A DNA stretch of 32,674 nt from Anaerolineales bacterium (GTDB lineage: Bacteria; Chloroflexota; Anaerolineae; Epilineales; JAANWY01): the NCBI GenBank assembly GCA_018263655.1, contig JAANWY010000334.1:1-32674 (forward strand), given 5' to 3'. Position 1 is the first letter of the stretch. Each line of letters begins with the position of its first letter. Position numbers and translations under genes: made by a program. The notes below the pieces were generated by a model. That model ran no database searches, had not been told where the DNA came from, and was given only the letters and a program-made list of their open reading frames with translations. Of this stretch, positions 16,775-24,478 are shown in pieces.

Positions 16775-17280
16775 GGTTCTTTGTCCAATCCTTCCAGTTG
16801 GGTAAAATTCTGACGGCGCCGTACGAGATGAAAATCGACCCACCCACTGGCCCGGCACGAGAACCTGATATTCTGTTCATCGCTAGCGAAAACCTTGACC
16901 GCATCACCGAAAATAAGCTGGAGGGGCCGGCTGACTTGATCGTCGAAATCATCTCCGATGACAGCGTAACGCGTGATCGGGCTACCAAGTTCTACGAGTA
17001 TCAGGGCGCCGGCGTACGCGAATACTGGATTATCGATCCCCGCCCCGGTAAGCACGAGGCTGATTTCTGGATCCTCGATGACGACGGTCAATACCGCCAG
17101 GTGCCTGTCGACGACGATGGCATCTATCGTTCTGAGGTCGTCTCTGGCTTCTGGCTCCGCGTGGATTGGTTATGGGCCGAAGGACTGCCGGACCCCCAAC
17201 TGACCTTTGCTGAGATCGCCGATTTTCCACCCGACGCGGTGGATACGTTGCGAGAAATCGCTGCCAGGTATCAGACATAG
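16771..17280 (+). pseudogene. Uma2 family endonuclease, apparently N-terminally truncated
   Basis: REPDILF, GPADLIVEIIS, KFYEYQGAGVREYWIIDP. The usual N-terminal E-x-x-x-G...H segment and a start/RBS are not visible; the Uma2-like sequence begins at the coxM-like stop. Confidence 0.7.
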
Positions 17281-17397
17281 AGGACTGACCCGCCCGTTGG
17301 AATCAGCTCTATCGGTTCGGGTGTGGCCAAAATCTGTGAGTAGTAACGGTTTCAACGCCAAAGGGAAAAAGTAACACACCATGATGATTGCGTCGAC

Positions 17398-17512
17398 GGC
17401 CCTCTCCCCCCTAGCCCCCCTCTCCCAACCCTGGGCGAGGGGGGAACGAAGCTCCCCTCCCCTAAATTTTGGGGAGGGGGTGTCTACTACGCAGACCTGG
17501 GGGGTGGGGGCC
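17398..17512. repeat. CCCCTCTCCC...GGGAGAGGGG-type REP-like palindromes
   Basis: cccctctcccaaccctgggcgagggggg and cccctcccctaaattttggggagggg hairpins. A related unit lies at 23952-23997. Confidence 0.7.
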
Positions 17513-17531
17513 AGCCCACAGGAGGCCCAAT

Positions 17532-18044
17532 TTGGAGAATCTGTTTACAGTTACCGTTACAGTCAACGGCCGGCAATACGAACGAGCCATTGAGCCCCGA
17601 TTGTTGCTGAGCGATTTCCTGCGCCACGAACTCGGGCTCACGGGTACGCACGTTGGCTGCGAACACGGCGTATGTGGCGCCTGCACCATCCTCTTCGACG
17701 GCCAGCCAGTCCGCTCCTGTATCATGCTCGCCGTGCAAGCCAACGGCCACGAGATCCAAACCGTCGAGAATCTGGCGCTGGACGCAAAGCCCGAAAACCT
17801 GCACCCCCTGCAAGTCGGATTCTGGGAGGCTCACGGTTTGCAGTGCGGCTTCTGCACCCCGGGCTTCTTGATGACTCTCCTACCGTTTCTGGAGGAACAT
17901 CCCGATCCCTCGGAGGAGGAAATTCGTGAAGCGATCTCGGGGAACCTCTGTCGGTGCACTGGATATCAGAACATCGTCGACGCGGTGAAGCTGGCGGCCG
18001 GCAAGATGCAAGAGACCCAAGCAGGACCGGGAGGTGCAGCATGA
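17532..18044 (+). CDS. [2Fe-2S] small subunit (CoxS-like)
   Basis: GCEHGVCGACT, QCGFCTPG, GNLCRCTGY. GGAGG RBS (17521-17525) before in-frame TTG 17532. Confidence 0.93.
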   Translation: MENLFTVTVTVNGRQYERAIEPRLLLSDFLRHELGLTGTHVGCEHGVCGACTILFDGQPVRSCIMLAVQANGHEIQTVENLALDAKPENLHPLQVGFWEAHGLQCGFCTPGFLMTLLPFLEEHPDPSEEEIREAISGNLCRCTGYQNIVDAVKLAAGKMQETQAGPGGAA

Positions 18045-20389
18045 CGACGCGCTACCTCGGCAAACCCATCAAGCGCAACGAGGATCCGCAACTACTGACC
18101 GGACAGGCCCAATTTGTGGATGATGTCGATCTGCCGGAGATGCTCCACGTGGCCTTCAAACGCAGCGACTACGCTCATGCCAGGATCGTGAGTGTGGACG
18201 TGGAAGCGGCGAAGGCCATGCCGGGCGTGATTGCGGTCTACGTAGCCGAGGATTTGGGCGATTACTGGCAGCCATCGCCGTTGCTGGTGCCTCCACCGCC
18301 GGCCCAGCACGTCGTCTTCAACGAACGCACAGCCGGCCAACTCGCCAAGGACAAAGTCCGCCTCGTCGGCGAGCCCATCGCCATGGTCATAGCGAGGAGC
18401 CGCTATCTCGCCGAAGACGCTGCTGAGACGATCTTCGTCCAATACGAGCCACTCGATCCGGTGATGGATTTGGAAGCTGCTCTTGCTGAAGATTCGGCGC
18501 TGGTGCACGAAGGTGTCGGCTCGAATGTGGCGGCGCACGTGATCCAGGAGAAAGGCAGCTACGAAACGGCGCGCGCCGAGGCCGATGTCGTCGTTTCGCG
18601 GCGTATGCTCTACGACCGAGGCGCCTCCGCGCCGATGGAGACGCGGGGCGTCGTGGCTCACTACGACGCGCTGTCCCAGGAGCTCGTCGTGTGGGATTCT
18701 ACGCAAGCCCCCATCCCCATTCGCAATGGTCTGGCGAGCATGTTGGGCCTCTCCGAGCGGCAGGTGCGTGTGATCGCGCCCTTCGTCGGCGGTGGCTTCG
18801 GGCCGAAGATCATGATGTTCTACCCCGAGGAAACACTGATCCCGTGGGCCGCTATACGGTTGGAGCGCCCGGTCAAGTGGATCGAGGATCGGCGGGAGCA
18901 CTTCTATGCCACGACGCAGGAGCGCTCCCAGCTCCACGATTCCGAAATCGCGCTTACTCGGGATGGAAAGATTCTCGGTATGAAAGATGTTTTTCTACAC
19001 GATACCGGCGCCTACATCCCCTACGGTCTAACTGTACCTCTCAATACCCAGTGTACACTCCTCGGCCCGTACGTCGTGCCGCACTACTACTCCGAATTCC
19101 GGGCGATATTCACCAACAAAACGATCGTCACGCCCTACCGCGGCGCCGGCCGGCAGCAGGGGGTGTTCGTCATGGAACGCTTGCTCGATCTGGCGGCGAA
19201 GGAGATGGAGATGGATCCACTGGAACTGCGCCGGCAGAACTTCATCCCGCCGGACCAGTTCCCCTGGAACAACGAAATCATCTATCAGGACTTCTCCGAG
19301 CTGACTTACGACAGCGGCGACTACGAGCCCATCCTGGACAAAGCGATGGACATGATCGGCTGGGAGGACTTTCGCGAGAACGAACAGCCACGCCTCCGCG
19401 CCGAGGGCAAGCACGTCGGCATTGGGCTGGTGATGTACGTCGAAGGCACCGGCATCGGGCCGTACGAGGGTGCGCGCGTCCACGTCGAATCGTCGGGCAA
19501 AGTGACGGTGGTGACGGGCGTCGGGACGCAGGGCCAGGGACACTACACCAGCTTCGCGCAGGTCGTCGCCGAGGCGCTGGGCGTCCCGCCTGAAGACATC
19601 GCTGTGACGACGGGCGATACGGGTCAATTCGATTGGGGGACGGGCACGTTCGCCAGTCGCGGGGCGGTGGTGGCCGGCTCCGCCATCCACGCGGCGGCAG
19701 AGATGGTGCGCGAGAAAGCCATCCAACATGCTGCCGAACATCTAGAGGCCCGCGAAGAAGACATCGAGCTGGCGGACGGGTTTGCACAGGTGCGGGGATC
19801 GCCCGACGCCCGCGTGAGTCTGGCGGAGTTGGCAGCCAATGCCAACCCCTTGCGCGGCGCTGTCCGTCCGGGAACTGAGCCCGGCCTGGAGGCGACGGCC
19901 TATTTCGGTCCCGAGATGGGGGCCACGGCTAACGGCGCCCACGCCATCATCCTGGAAGTCGATCCGGAGACGTTCGATGTCAAGGTTCACCGCTATGTGG
20001 TCGTTCACGACTGCGGCACACTCATCAACCCTCTGATTGTCGCCGGCCAGGTGCACGGCGGTGTGGCCCAAGGTCTGGGTAATGCCTTCTACGAGCAACT
20101 CGTCTACGACGATGCATCCGGGCAGTTGCTGAATGCCTCCTTCATGGACTACCTGCTTCCGACATCGGAGACGGTGCCGCGCGTGGAGGTAGGACACGAG
20201 GAGACGCCTTCGCCGCTCAATCCGCTGGGCGTCAAGGGGGCGGGCGAGGCCGGCGCCATCCCCGTCGGGCCTGCCTTCGCCCAGGCGATTGAGGATGCGC
20301 TGGCTGACACCGATATCGAGATTCTCGAAATCCCGCTTAGCCCGAACCGCCTGTTCGAAATTGTGCGGCGCGCAACGACGGAGACCTGA
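18041..20389 (+). CDS. Xanthine dehydrogenase family molybdopterin-binding large subunit (CoxL-like, not form I CODH)
   Basis: RNEDPQLLTG, VGGGFGPK, PYRGAGR, QGQGH, TFASR, GQVHGGVAQG, KGAGEAG. ATGA overlap with the small subunit; RBS GGAGG. Confidence 0.93.
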   Translation: MTTRYLGKPIKRNEDPQLLTGQAQFVDDVDLPEMLHVAFKRSDYAHARIVSVDVEAAKAMPGVIAVYVAEDLGDYWQPSPLLVPPPPAQHVVFNERTAGQLAKDKVRLVGEPIAMVIARSRYLAEDAAETIFVQYEPLDPVMDLEAALAEDSALVHEGVGSNVAAHVIQEKGSYETARAEADVVVSRRMLYDRGASAPMETRGVVAHYDALSQELVVWDSTQAPIPIRNGLASMLGLSERQVRVIAPFVGGGFGPKIMMFYPEETLIPWAAIRLERPVKWIEDRREHFYATTQERSQLHDSEIALTRDGKILGMKDVFLHDTGAYIPYGLTVPLNTQCTLLGPYVVPHYYSEFRAIFTNKTIVTPYRGAGRQQGVFVMERLLDLAAKEMEMDPLELRRQNFIPPDQFPWNNEIIYQDFSELTYDSGDYEPILDKAMDMIGWEDFRENEQPRLRAEGKHVGIGLVMYVEGTGIGPYEGARVHVESSGKVTVVTGVGTQGQGHYTSFAQVVAEALGVPPEDIAVTTGDTGQFDWGTGTFASRGAVVAGSAIHAAAEMVREKAIQHAAEHLEAREEDIELADGFAQVRGSPDARVSLAELAANANPLRGAVRPGTEPGLEATAYFGPEMGATANGAHAIILEVDPETFDVKVHRYVVVHDCGTLINPLIVAGQVHGGVAQGLGNAFYEQLVYDDASGQLLNASFMDYLLPTSETVPRVEVGHEETPSPLNPLGVKGAGEAGAIPVGPAFAQAIEDALADTDIEILEIPLSPNRLFEIVRRATTET

Positions 20390-20449
20390 CAGGGCATGTG
20401 TAGAGTCAGCAACCGACTTTCTCTTCTTCAGGATCGAGCTGCCGAGTAA

Positions 20450-21592
20450 ATGCGCTCCGTCAGCGTTGTTGGGGTTGGGCAACTGCCTGTCAGGAAGCAG
20501 GCGACGGCGAGTTTGCGTGAGTTGGGGGTGCGAGCCGCGCAGCTCGCACTGGAGGATGCCGGCGTCGATCGAGTGGCTGTGCTGTTTGCCGGCAACATGC
20601 TCTCCGACGAACTGCAGGGCCAGAAACACGTTGCGACCCTGATTGCCAGCGAAGCCGGCTTGCACGGCATCGAAGCGCTGCAGGTACGGGCGGCGACAGC
20701 AACAGGGGCGGCGGCGCTACGGATGGCGTACCTGGCCGTGGCGAGCGGCGACGTGGAACTGGCGCTGGCCGTCGGATTTGAGAAAATGAGTACGGCGCCC
20801 CCTACCAGCGCCCTGGCGAAAGCGATGGATGCCGAACTCGAAGTGCCGACGGGTGCGACGCTGATTTCGCAGAACGCTGACCTGATGCGAGCCTACCTGG
20901 AGCGCTACGATGTCGCCTACGAGAGCTTCGTGAACTTCGCCATCAACGCCCACCGCAACGCCACCATGAATCCCTACGCTCGCTTTCAGAGCGAAATCTC
21001 GGCGAAAGAGGTGTTGGAATCGCGCATCGTCAACGCCCCAATCCGCCTGTTCGACTGCTCCCCAATCTGCGATGGGGCAGCGGCCGTCGTTTTAGCTCCT
21101 ACCGATGCGGCCACTGCATTCACCGATTACCCCGTTCGGGTGCTCACCGGCACTGTCGCGACCGACTGGCTCCGCGTCGAGGACCGGCCCGAGCCGCTGG
21201 CGGTGGAGGCAGCGCGGCTCTCGGCGCAGAAAGCCTACGCGCAAACCGGCCTCACACCAGACGATGTTGACTTCTTTGAAGTGCACGATGCGTTCTCCAT
21301 CATGGCCTGTCTCCTGCTGGAGGCGGCCGGCTTCGCGGAGCAGGGACACGGCTGGCGATTGGCGGCCGAGGGCGAAATCTTCCGTGAGGGCCGGCTTCCC
21401 ATCGCCACGCTGGGTGGGCTAAAAGCCCGCGGCCATCCCATCGGTGCGACCGCCCTGTACCAGACCTGCGAGATTGTGCAGCAATTGACAGGCCAGGCCG
21501 GCACCAACCAACTGGCGCACGCCGAGATCGGGATGCTCCAGAGCGTCGGTGGGGCTGCGGCCACCGTCTTAACCCATCTCTTTGCCGCGTAA
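20450..21592 (+). CDS. Thiolase-fold protein (SCP2/archaeal type) lacking the nucleophilic Cys
   Basis: DCSPICDGAAA, EVHDAF, GGLKARGHPIGAT present. The usual xAACASG reads RAATATG. Confidence 0.85.
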   Translation: MRSVSVVGVGQLPVRKQATASLRELGVRAAQLALEDAGVDRVAVLFAGNMLSDELQGQKHVATLIASEAGLHGIEALQVRAATATGAAALRMAYLAVASGDVELALAVGFEKMSTAPPTSALAKAMDAELEVPTGATLISQNADLMRAYLERYDVAYESFVNFAINAHRNATMNPYARFQSEISAKEVLESRIVNAPIRLFDCSPICDGAAAVVLAPTDAATAFTDYPVRVLTGTVATDWLRVEDRPEPLAVEAARLSAQKAYAQTGLTPDDVDFFEVHDAFSIMACLLLEAAGFAEQGHGWRLAAEGEIFREGRLPIATLGGLKARGHPIGATALYQTCEIVQQLTGQAGTNQLAHAEIGMLQSVGGAAATVLTHLFAA

Positions 21593-21729
21593 GGGGATTC
21601 CAGAATTTACCCCCCCCCCCCCAAAAACCCAAGATTTCTGAGGATAATGGGCCATTTTTGGGAGGTTTATTTCCCCGGAAGTTCCATACCATTCTTCGAT
21701 GCAAGCCAGCAAATCCCCCGCCACTTGTT

Positions 21730-21758
21730 TTCCCACTCGATGATCCTTGTGATATAAT
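21730..21758 (+). promoter_or_regulatory. Extended -10 promoter upstream of the amidase
   Basis: TGaTATAAT (21750-21758) with TTCCCA 17 bp upstream of TATAAT. RBS AGGAGGGAG before ATG 21807. Confidence 0.6.
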
Positions 21759-21806
21759 CTCCTGGTATGCACCCGGATCGCCGAAATCGACAGGAGGGAG
21801 CCATCC

Positions 21807-23120
21807 ATGCTGATCGTTCCAGCCCCGCTGGCTAAACTCGCCGCTGCGCTGCACAGTGGCGAGTTGGAACTGACGAAACATATCGATGAGGTCTGTGATC
21901 GCGTTGAGAGCGTCGACCGGCGTGTGCAAGCGCTGCTGCCTGAGCCGGTGCGCCGCGTGCGCTTGCTGAACGAGGCGCGGCGCCTACAGGAACGCTTCCC
22001 CGATCCCACCGAGCGCCCCCCACTCTACGGTATTCTCGTCGGCGTGAAAGACATCATCCACATCGATGGGTTTCTCACGCGCGCCGGCTCGAACTTGCCG
22101 CCCACAGCGTTGGAAGGGCCTGAGGCGACTGTTGTCACGACGCTCCGGGAAGCCGGCGCGTTGATCCTTGACAAGACTGTCACGACGGAGTTCGCCTGGT
22201 TTGATCCTGGCCCGACCCGTAACCCCCACAACGTACAGCACACGCCAGGTGGGTCAAGCAGTGGTTCGGCAGCAGCAGTGGCGGCCGGGCTTTGCCCCCT
22301 GGCGCTTGGCACGCAGACCATTGGATCGGTGATCCGGCCGGCGGCCTTCTGCGGTATTGTCGGCTTCAAACCCAGCTTCGGGCGCATCCCGACGGATGGC
22401 GTGATCATGTTCTCAGAGTCAGCCGATCATGTTGGGCTGTTCACGCAGGATGTGGCCGGCATGCGGTTAGCGGCCGCCGTCGTCTGCGATGGCTGGAAAG
22501 TGCCAACACGAGATCGGAAGCTTGGGGGCCGGCCGGTGCTGGGTGCTCCGGAAGGTCCGTACCTCGAACAAGCCTCGGAGGAGGGGCTGGCTGCCTTTCG
22601 GGACCAGTTGCAGCGATTGGAAGCCGCCGGCTACACCGTGCGCCGTGTGCCGGCTTTCGACGACATCGAGACCATCAACCAGCAGCATCGGCGCATGATC
22701 GCCGCCGAAGTCGTGCAGGTACACGCCGATTGGTTCGCACGGTACGAGTCACTCTACCGACCACGCACGGCCGCCGTGATCCGCGAAGGGCAGCAGGTTA
22801 GTGCTGATGAGTTGGCGGAGGCCCGGGCTGGCCGTGAGGTGCTGCGATCTGATCTGGAGCAGCGGATGCAGAAGGCGGGTATTGTCATCTGGGTCAGCCC
22901 CGCTGCGCTTGGTCCCGCACCCCGCGGGATCGACGCGACTGGCGATCCCGCCATGAACCTGCCGTGGACCTATGCCGGCTTGCCGACGGTTACGGTACCG
23001 GCCGGCGGCGCTGAGAATGGTCTCCCCCTCGGTCTGCAGTGTACGACGTCTTTCATGACCGATGAGCGGCTCCTGGCCTGGGCGGAGTCAATCGCTGAAA
23101 CCCTCACTGATCGGAGGTAA
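21807..23120 (+). CDS. Amidase signature family amidase, malonamidase E2-like
   Basis: VKDII (catalytic Lys), TPGGSSSGSAAAV, LGTQTIGSVIRPAAFCG (Ser nucleophile). The GTQTxGSVIRPA form resembles MAE2 rather than GatA (GSDTGGSIRQP). Confidence 0.9.
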   Translation: MLIVPAPLAKLAAALHSGELELTKHIDEVCDRVESVDRRVQALLPEPVRRVRLLNEARRLQERFPDPTERPPLYGILVGVKDIIHIDGFLTRAGSNLPPTALEGPEATVVTTLREAGALILDKTVTTEFAWFDPGPTRNPHNVQHTPGGSSSGSAAAVAAGLCPLALGTQTIGSVIRPAAFCGIVGFKPSFGRIPTDGVIMFSESADHVGLFTQDVAGMRLAAAVVCDGWKVPTRDRKLGGRPVLGAPEGPYLEQASEEGLAAFRDQLQRLEAAGYTVRRVPAFDDIETINQQHRRMIAAEVVQVHADWFARYESLYRPRTAAVIREGQQVSADELAEARAGREVLRSDLEQRMQKAGIVIWVSPAALGPAPRGIDATGDPAMNLPWTYAGLPTVTVPAGGAENGLPLGLQCTTSFMTDERLLAWAESIAETLTDRR

Positions 23121-23161
23121 GGAAGTCAACAGAACTCCCCAGACATTTCAGTTAGAGTTAG

Positions 23162-23282
23162 CTTGACAATGACACATTACCGCCTATGATGGGCGAAGGT
23201 CTCCTGACCGGGCGAAAAGGGCTCGGTCAGGAGACCTGCGGCGATCAAACAGCGCTGTTTTGCGAAATGTGCCATTGTCAAG
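23162..23282. mobile_element. MITE-C copy 2
   Basis: TIR cttgacaatg / cattgtcaag. 4-bp flanking duplication TTAG (23158-23161, 23283-23286). Core ggtctcctgaccg...cggtcaggagacc. Confidence 0.85.
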
Positions 23283-23294
23283 TTAGGAATTGTG

Positions 23295-23344
23295 TGAACG
23301 AAATGTTTGAACGAAATGTTTGAACGAAATGTTTGAACGAAATG
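23295..23344. repeat. 13-bp tandem repeat TGAACGAAATGTT, ~3.8 copies
   Basis: Three exact units plus an 11-bp partial unit. Confidence 0.9.
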
Positions 23345-23366
23345 ATCGACGACATTCTGGCGGCGC

Positions 23367-23525
23367 TATAGAGGTTCAGATAATGTTTTTGACTCTGCTT
23401 ACCCGGATGTCATTGCGAGGAGGCACGACGAAGCAATCTCCTGGACTGCGGCAATCCAAGGGATTGCTTCGCACAAAACGCTCGCAATGACACGCTGAGT
23501 CAAGATCTTTTTCTGAAAGTCTATA
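23367..23525. mobile_element. MITE-E, TA-flanked element carrying a GTCATTGCGAG...CTCGCAATGAC palindrome
   Basis: Imperfect ~29-bp TIRs tatagaggttcagataatgtttttgactc / gagtcaagatctttttctgaaagtctata. Internal perfect IR tgtcattgcgag (23408) / ctcgcaatgaca (to 23492). Confidence 0.7.
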
Positions 23526-23545
23526 CCAGCACAAGGCTGACTGTC

Positions 23546-24478
23546 GTGCATCGTCTGACGTCTGGCGGCAGCCTTGCGGCTGTCACGATTGCTAGTCCCA
23601 GCGCGACGTGGCTCCAAGCGGAGCCGCGCCGTTTGTTTGTGCATTCGGCCTTCTCACGGGTTGTCAATTTGCGTAGTGCGGATGGTCAGTTTTTGACACT
23701 CTTGACAAGGGACAACGACGCTGGCCCGTTTGCGATGCGCTTGGCTGGCCGGCAGTTGCCATCGGTGCCGGTCGGCGTGCCGGCCAGTGCTGAGGGAGGC
23801 ACGATCACCCTGGGGGATTGGCAAATCGACTGGCACGGGGCAGCGGGTTGGAATCCGACGCTCGGGTCGCTGGAACAACCGTCGGATGTCTCGCTGTCGT
23901 CGCTGCTGAATTCTTTGCGTAAGGTTGATTCTATCTTTGCGGAGGCGGTGCTGCCCCTCTCCCCGAAGACTGGGAGAGGGGCAAGGGGGGAGAGGGCTCA
24001 CGCCTCTCTGTTCCACGACTACCTCGCAGTTCAGACCATGCATCTGCTGACGATGTTGTGTGCTGGCCTCCAGGGCAACGAACGCGCGCTGACCGAAGCC
24101 GTGCGTGGACTGTTAGGCTTTGGCCCTGGGTTGACGCCGGCCGGCGACGATTGCCTGTTGGGCGTGTTGGCGGCGCGGCGCATGTCGGGTGAGCCGGCGA
24201 GGATACTCAAAACACTCGTCGGTGACTTAGCTGGGCGCACAACGGCGCTCAGCGCTGCGTTTTTGCGGGAAGCGTGTAATGGGCGTTTTGCCGGCCAGTG
24301 GCATCACCTTCGCGATGCGTTGGCGGCTAAGCAGGCGGCACTGATCGAGGCATCACTCCGCCGAATCCTGGCATACGGCGCTTCCTCGGGTGCAGATGCG
24401 CTGGGCGGATGGGTTATTGGGATGTCGCTGAGGAATCCGTCTACGGAGGCTAGTGCTCCGCGTTACCTCGCCGGCTAA
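23546..24478 (+). CDS. ylbF: DUF2877 protein (YlbF/YahE, AllH-like)
   Basis: VHSAFSRVVNL, LLGFGPGLTPAGDD, TTALS, GASSGAD. Start uncertain. Confidence 0.85.
   Translation: MHRLTSGGSLAAVTIASPSATWLQAEPRRLFVHSAFSRVVNLRSADGQFLTLLTRDNDAGPFAMRLAGRQLPSVPVGVPASAEGGTITLGDWQIDWHGAAGWNPTLGSLEQPSDVSLSSLLNSLRKVDSIFAEAVLPLSPKTGRGARGERAHASLFHDYLAVQTMHLLTMLCAGLQGNERALTEAVRGLLGFGPGLTPAGDDCLLGVLAARRMSGEPARILKTLVGDLAGRTTALSAAFLREACNGRFAGQWHHLRDALAAKQAALIEASLRRILAYGASSGADALGGWVIGMSLRNPSTEASAPRYLAG

Noticed and set aside
17281-17348. Possible further IS66-type end (tgagtagtaac)
   Set aside because: No matching left TIR or 8-bp duplication could be found.
18041-20389. Aerobic form I CO dehydrogenase (true coxL)
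   Set aside because: The active-site loop is PYRGAGR rather than AYxCSFR, and no coxDEF genes are present.
731-22954. Long antisense and alternate-frame ORFs overlapping the main genes (e.g. 9029-9916-, 16016-16858-, 18092-18937-, 18691-19593+, 19742-20665-)
   Set aside because: These are shadow ORFs expected in GC-rich coding DNA; the opposite or main frame carries clear family motifs.
21807-23120. gatA (Glu-tRNA amidotransferase subunit A)
   Set aside because: The signature reads GTQTIGSVIRP rather than GSDTGGSIRQP, the protein is shorter, and gatB/gatC are absent.
23295-23344. Possible CRISPR array
   Set aside because: The 13-bp units are contiguous with no spacers, and there are no cas genes; it is a simple tandem repeat.
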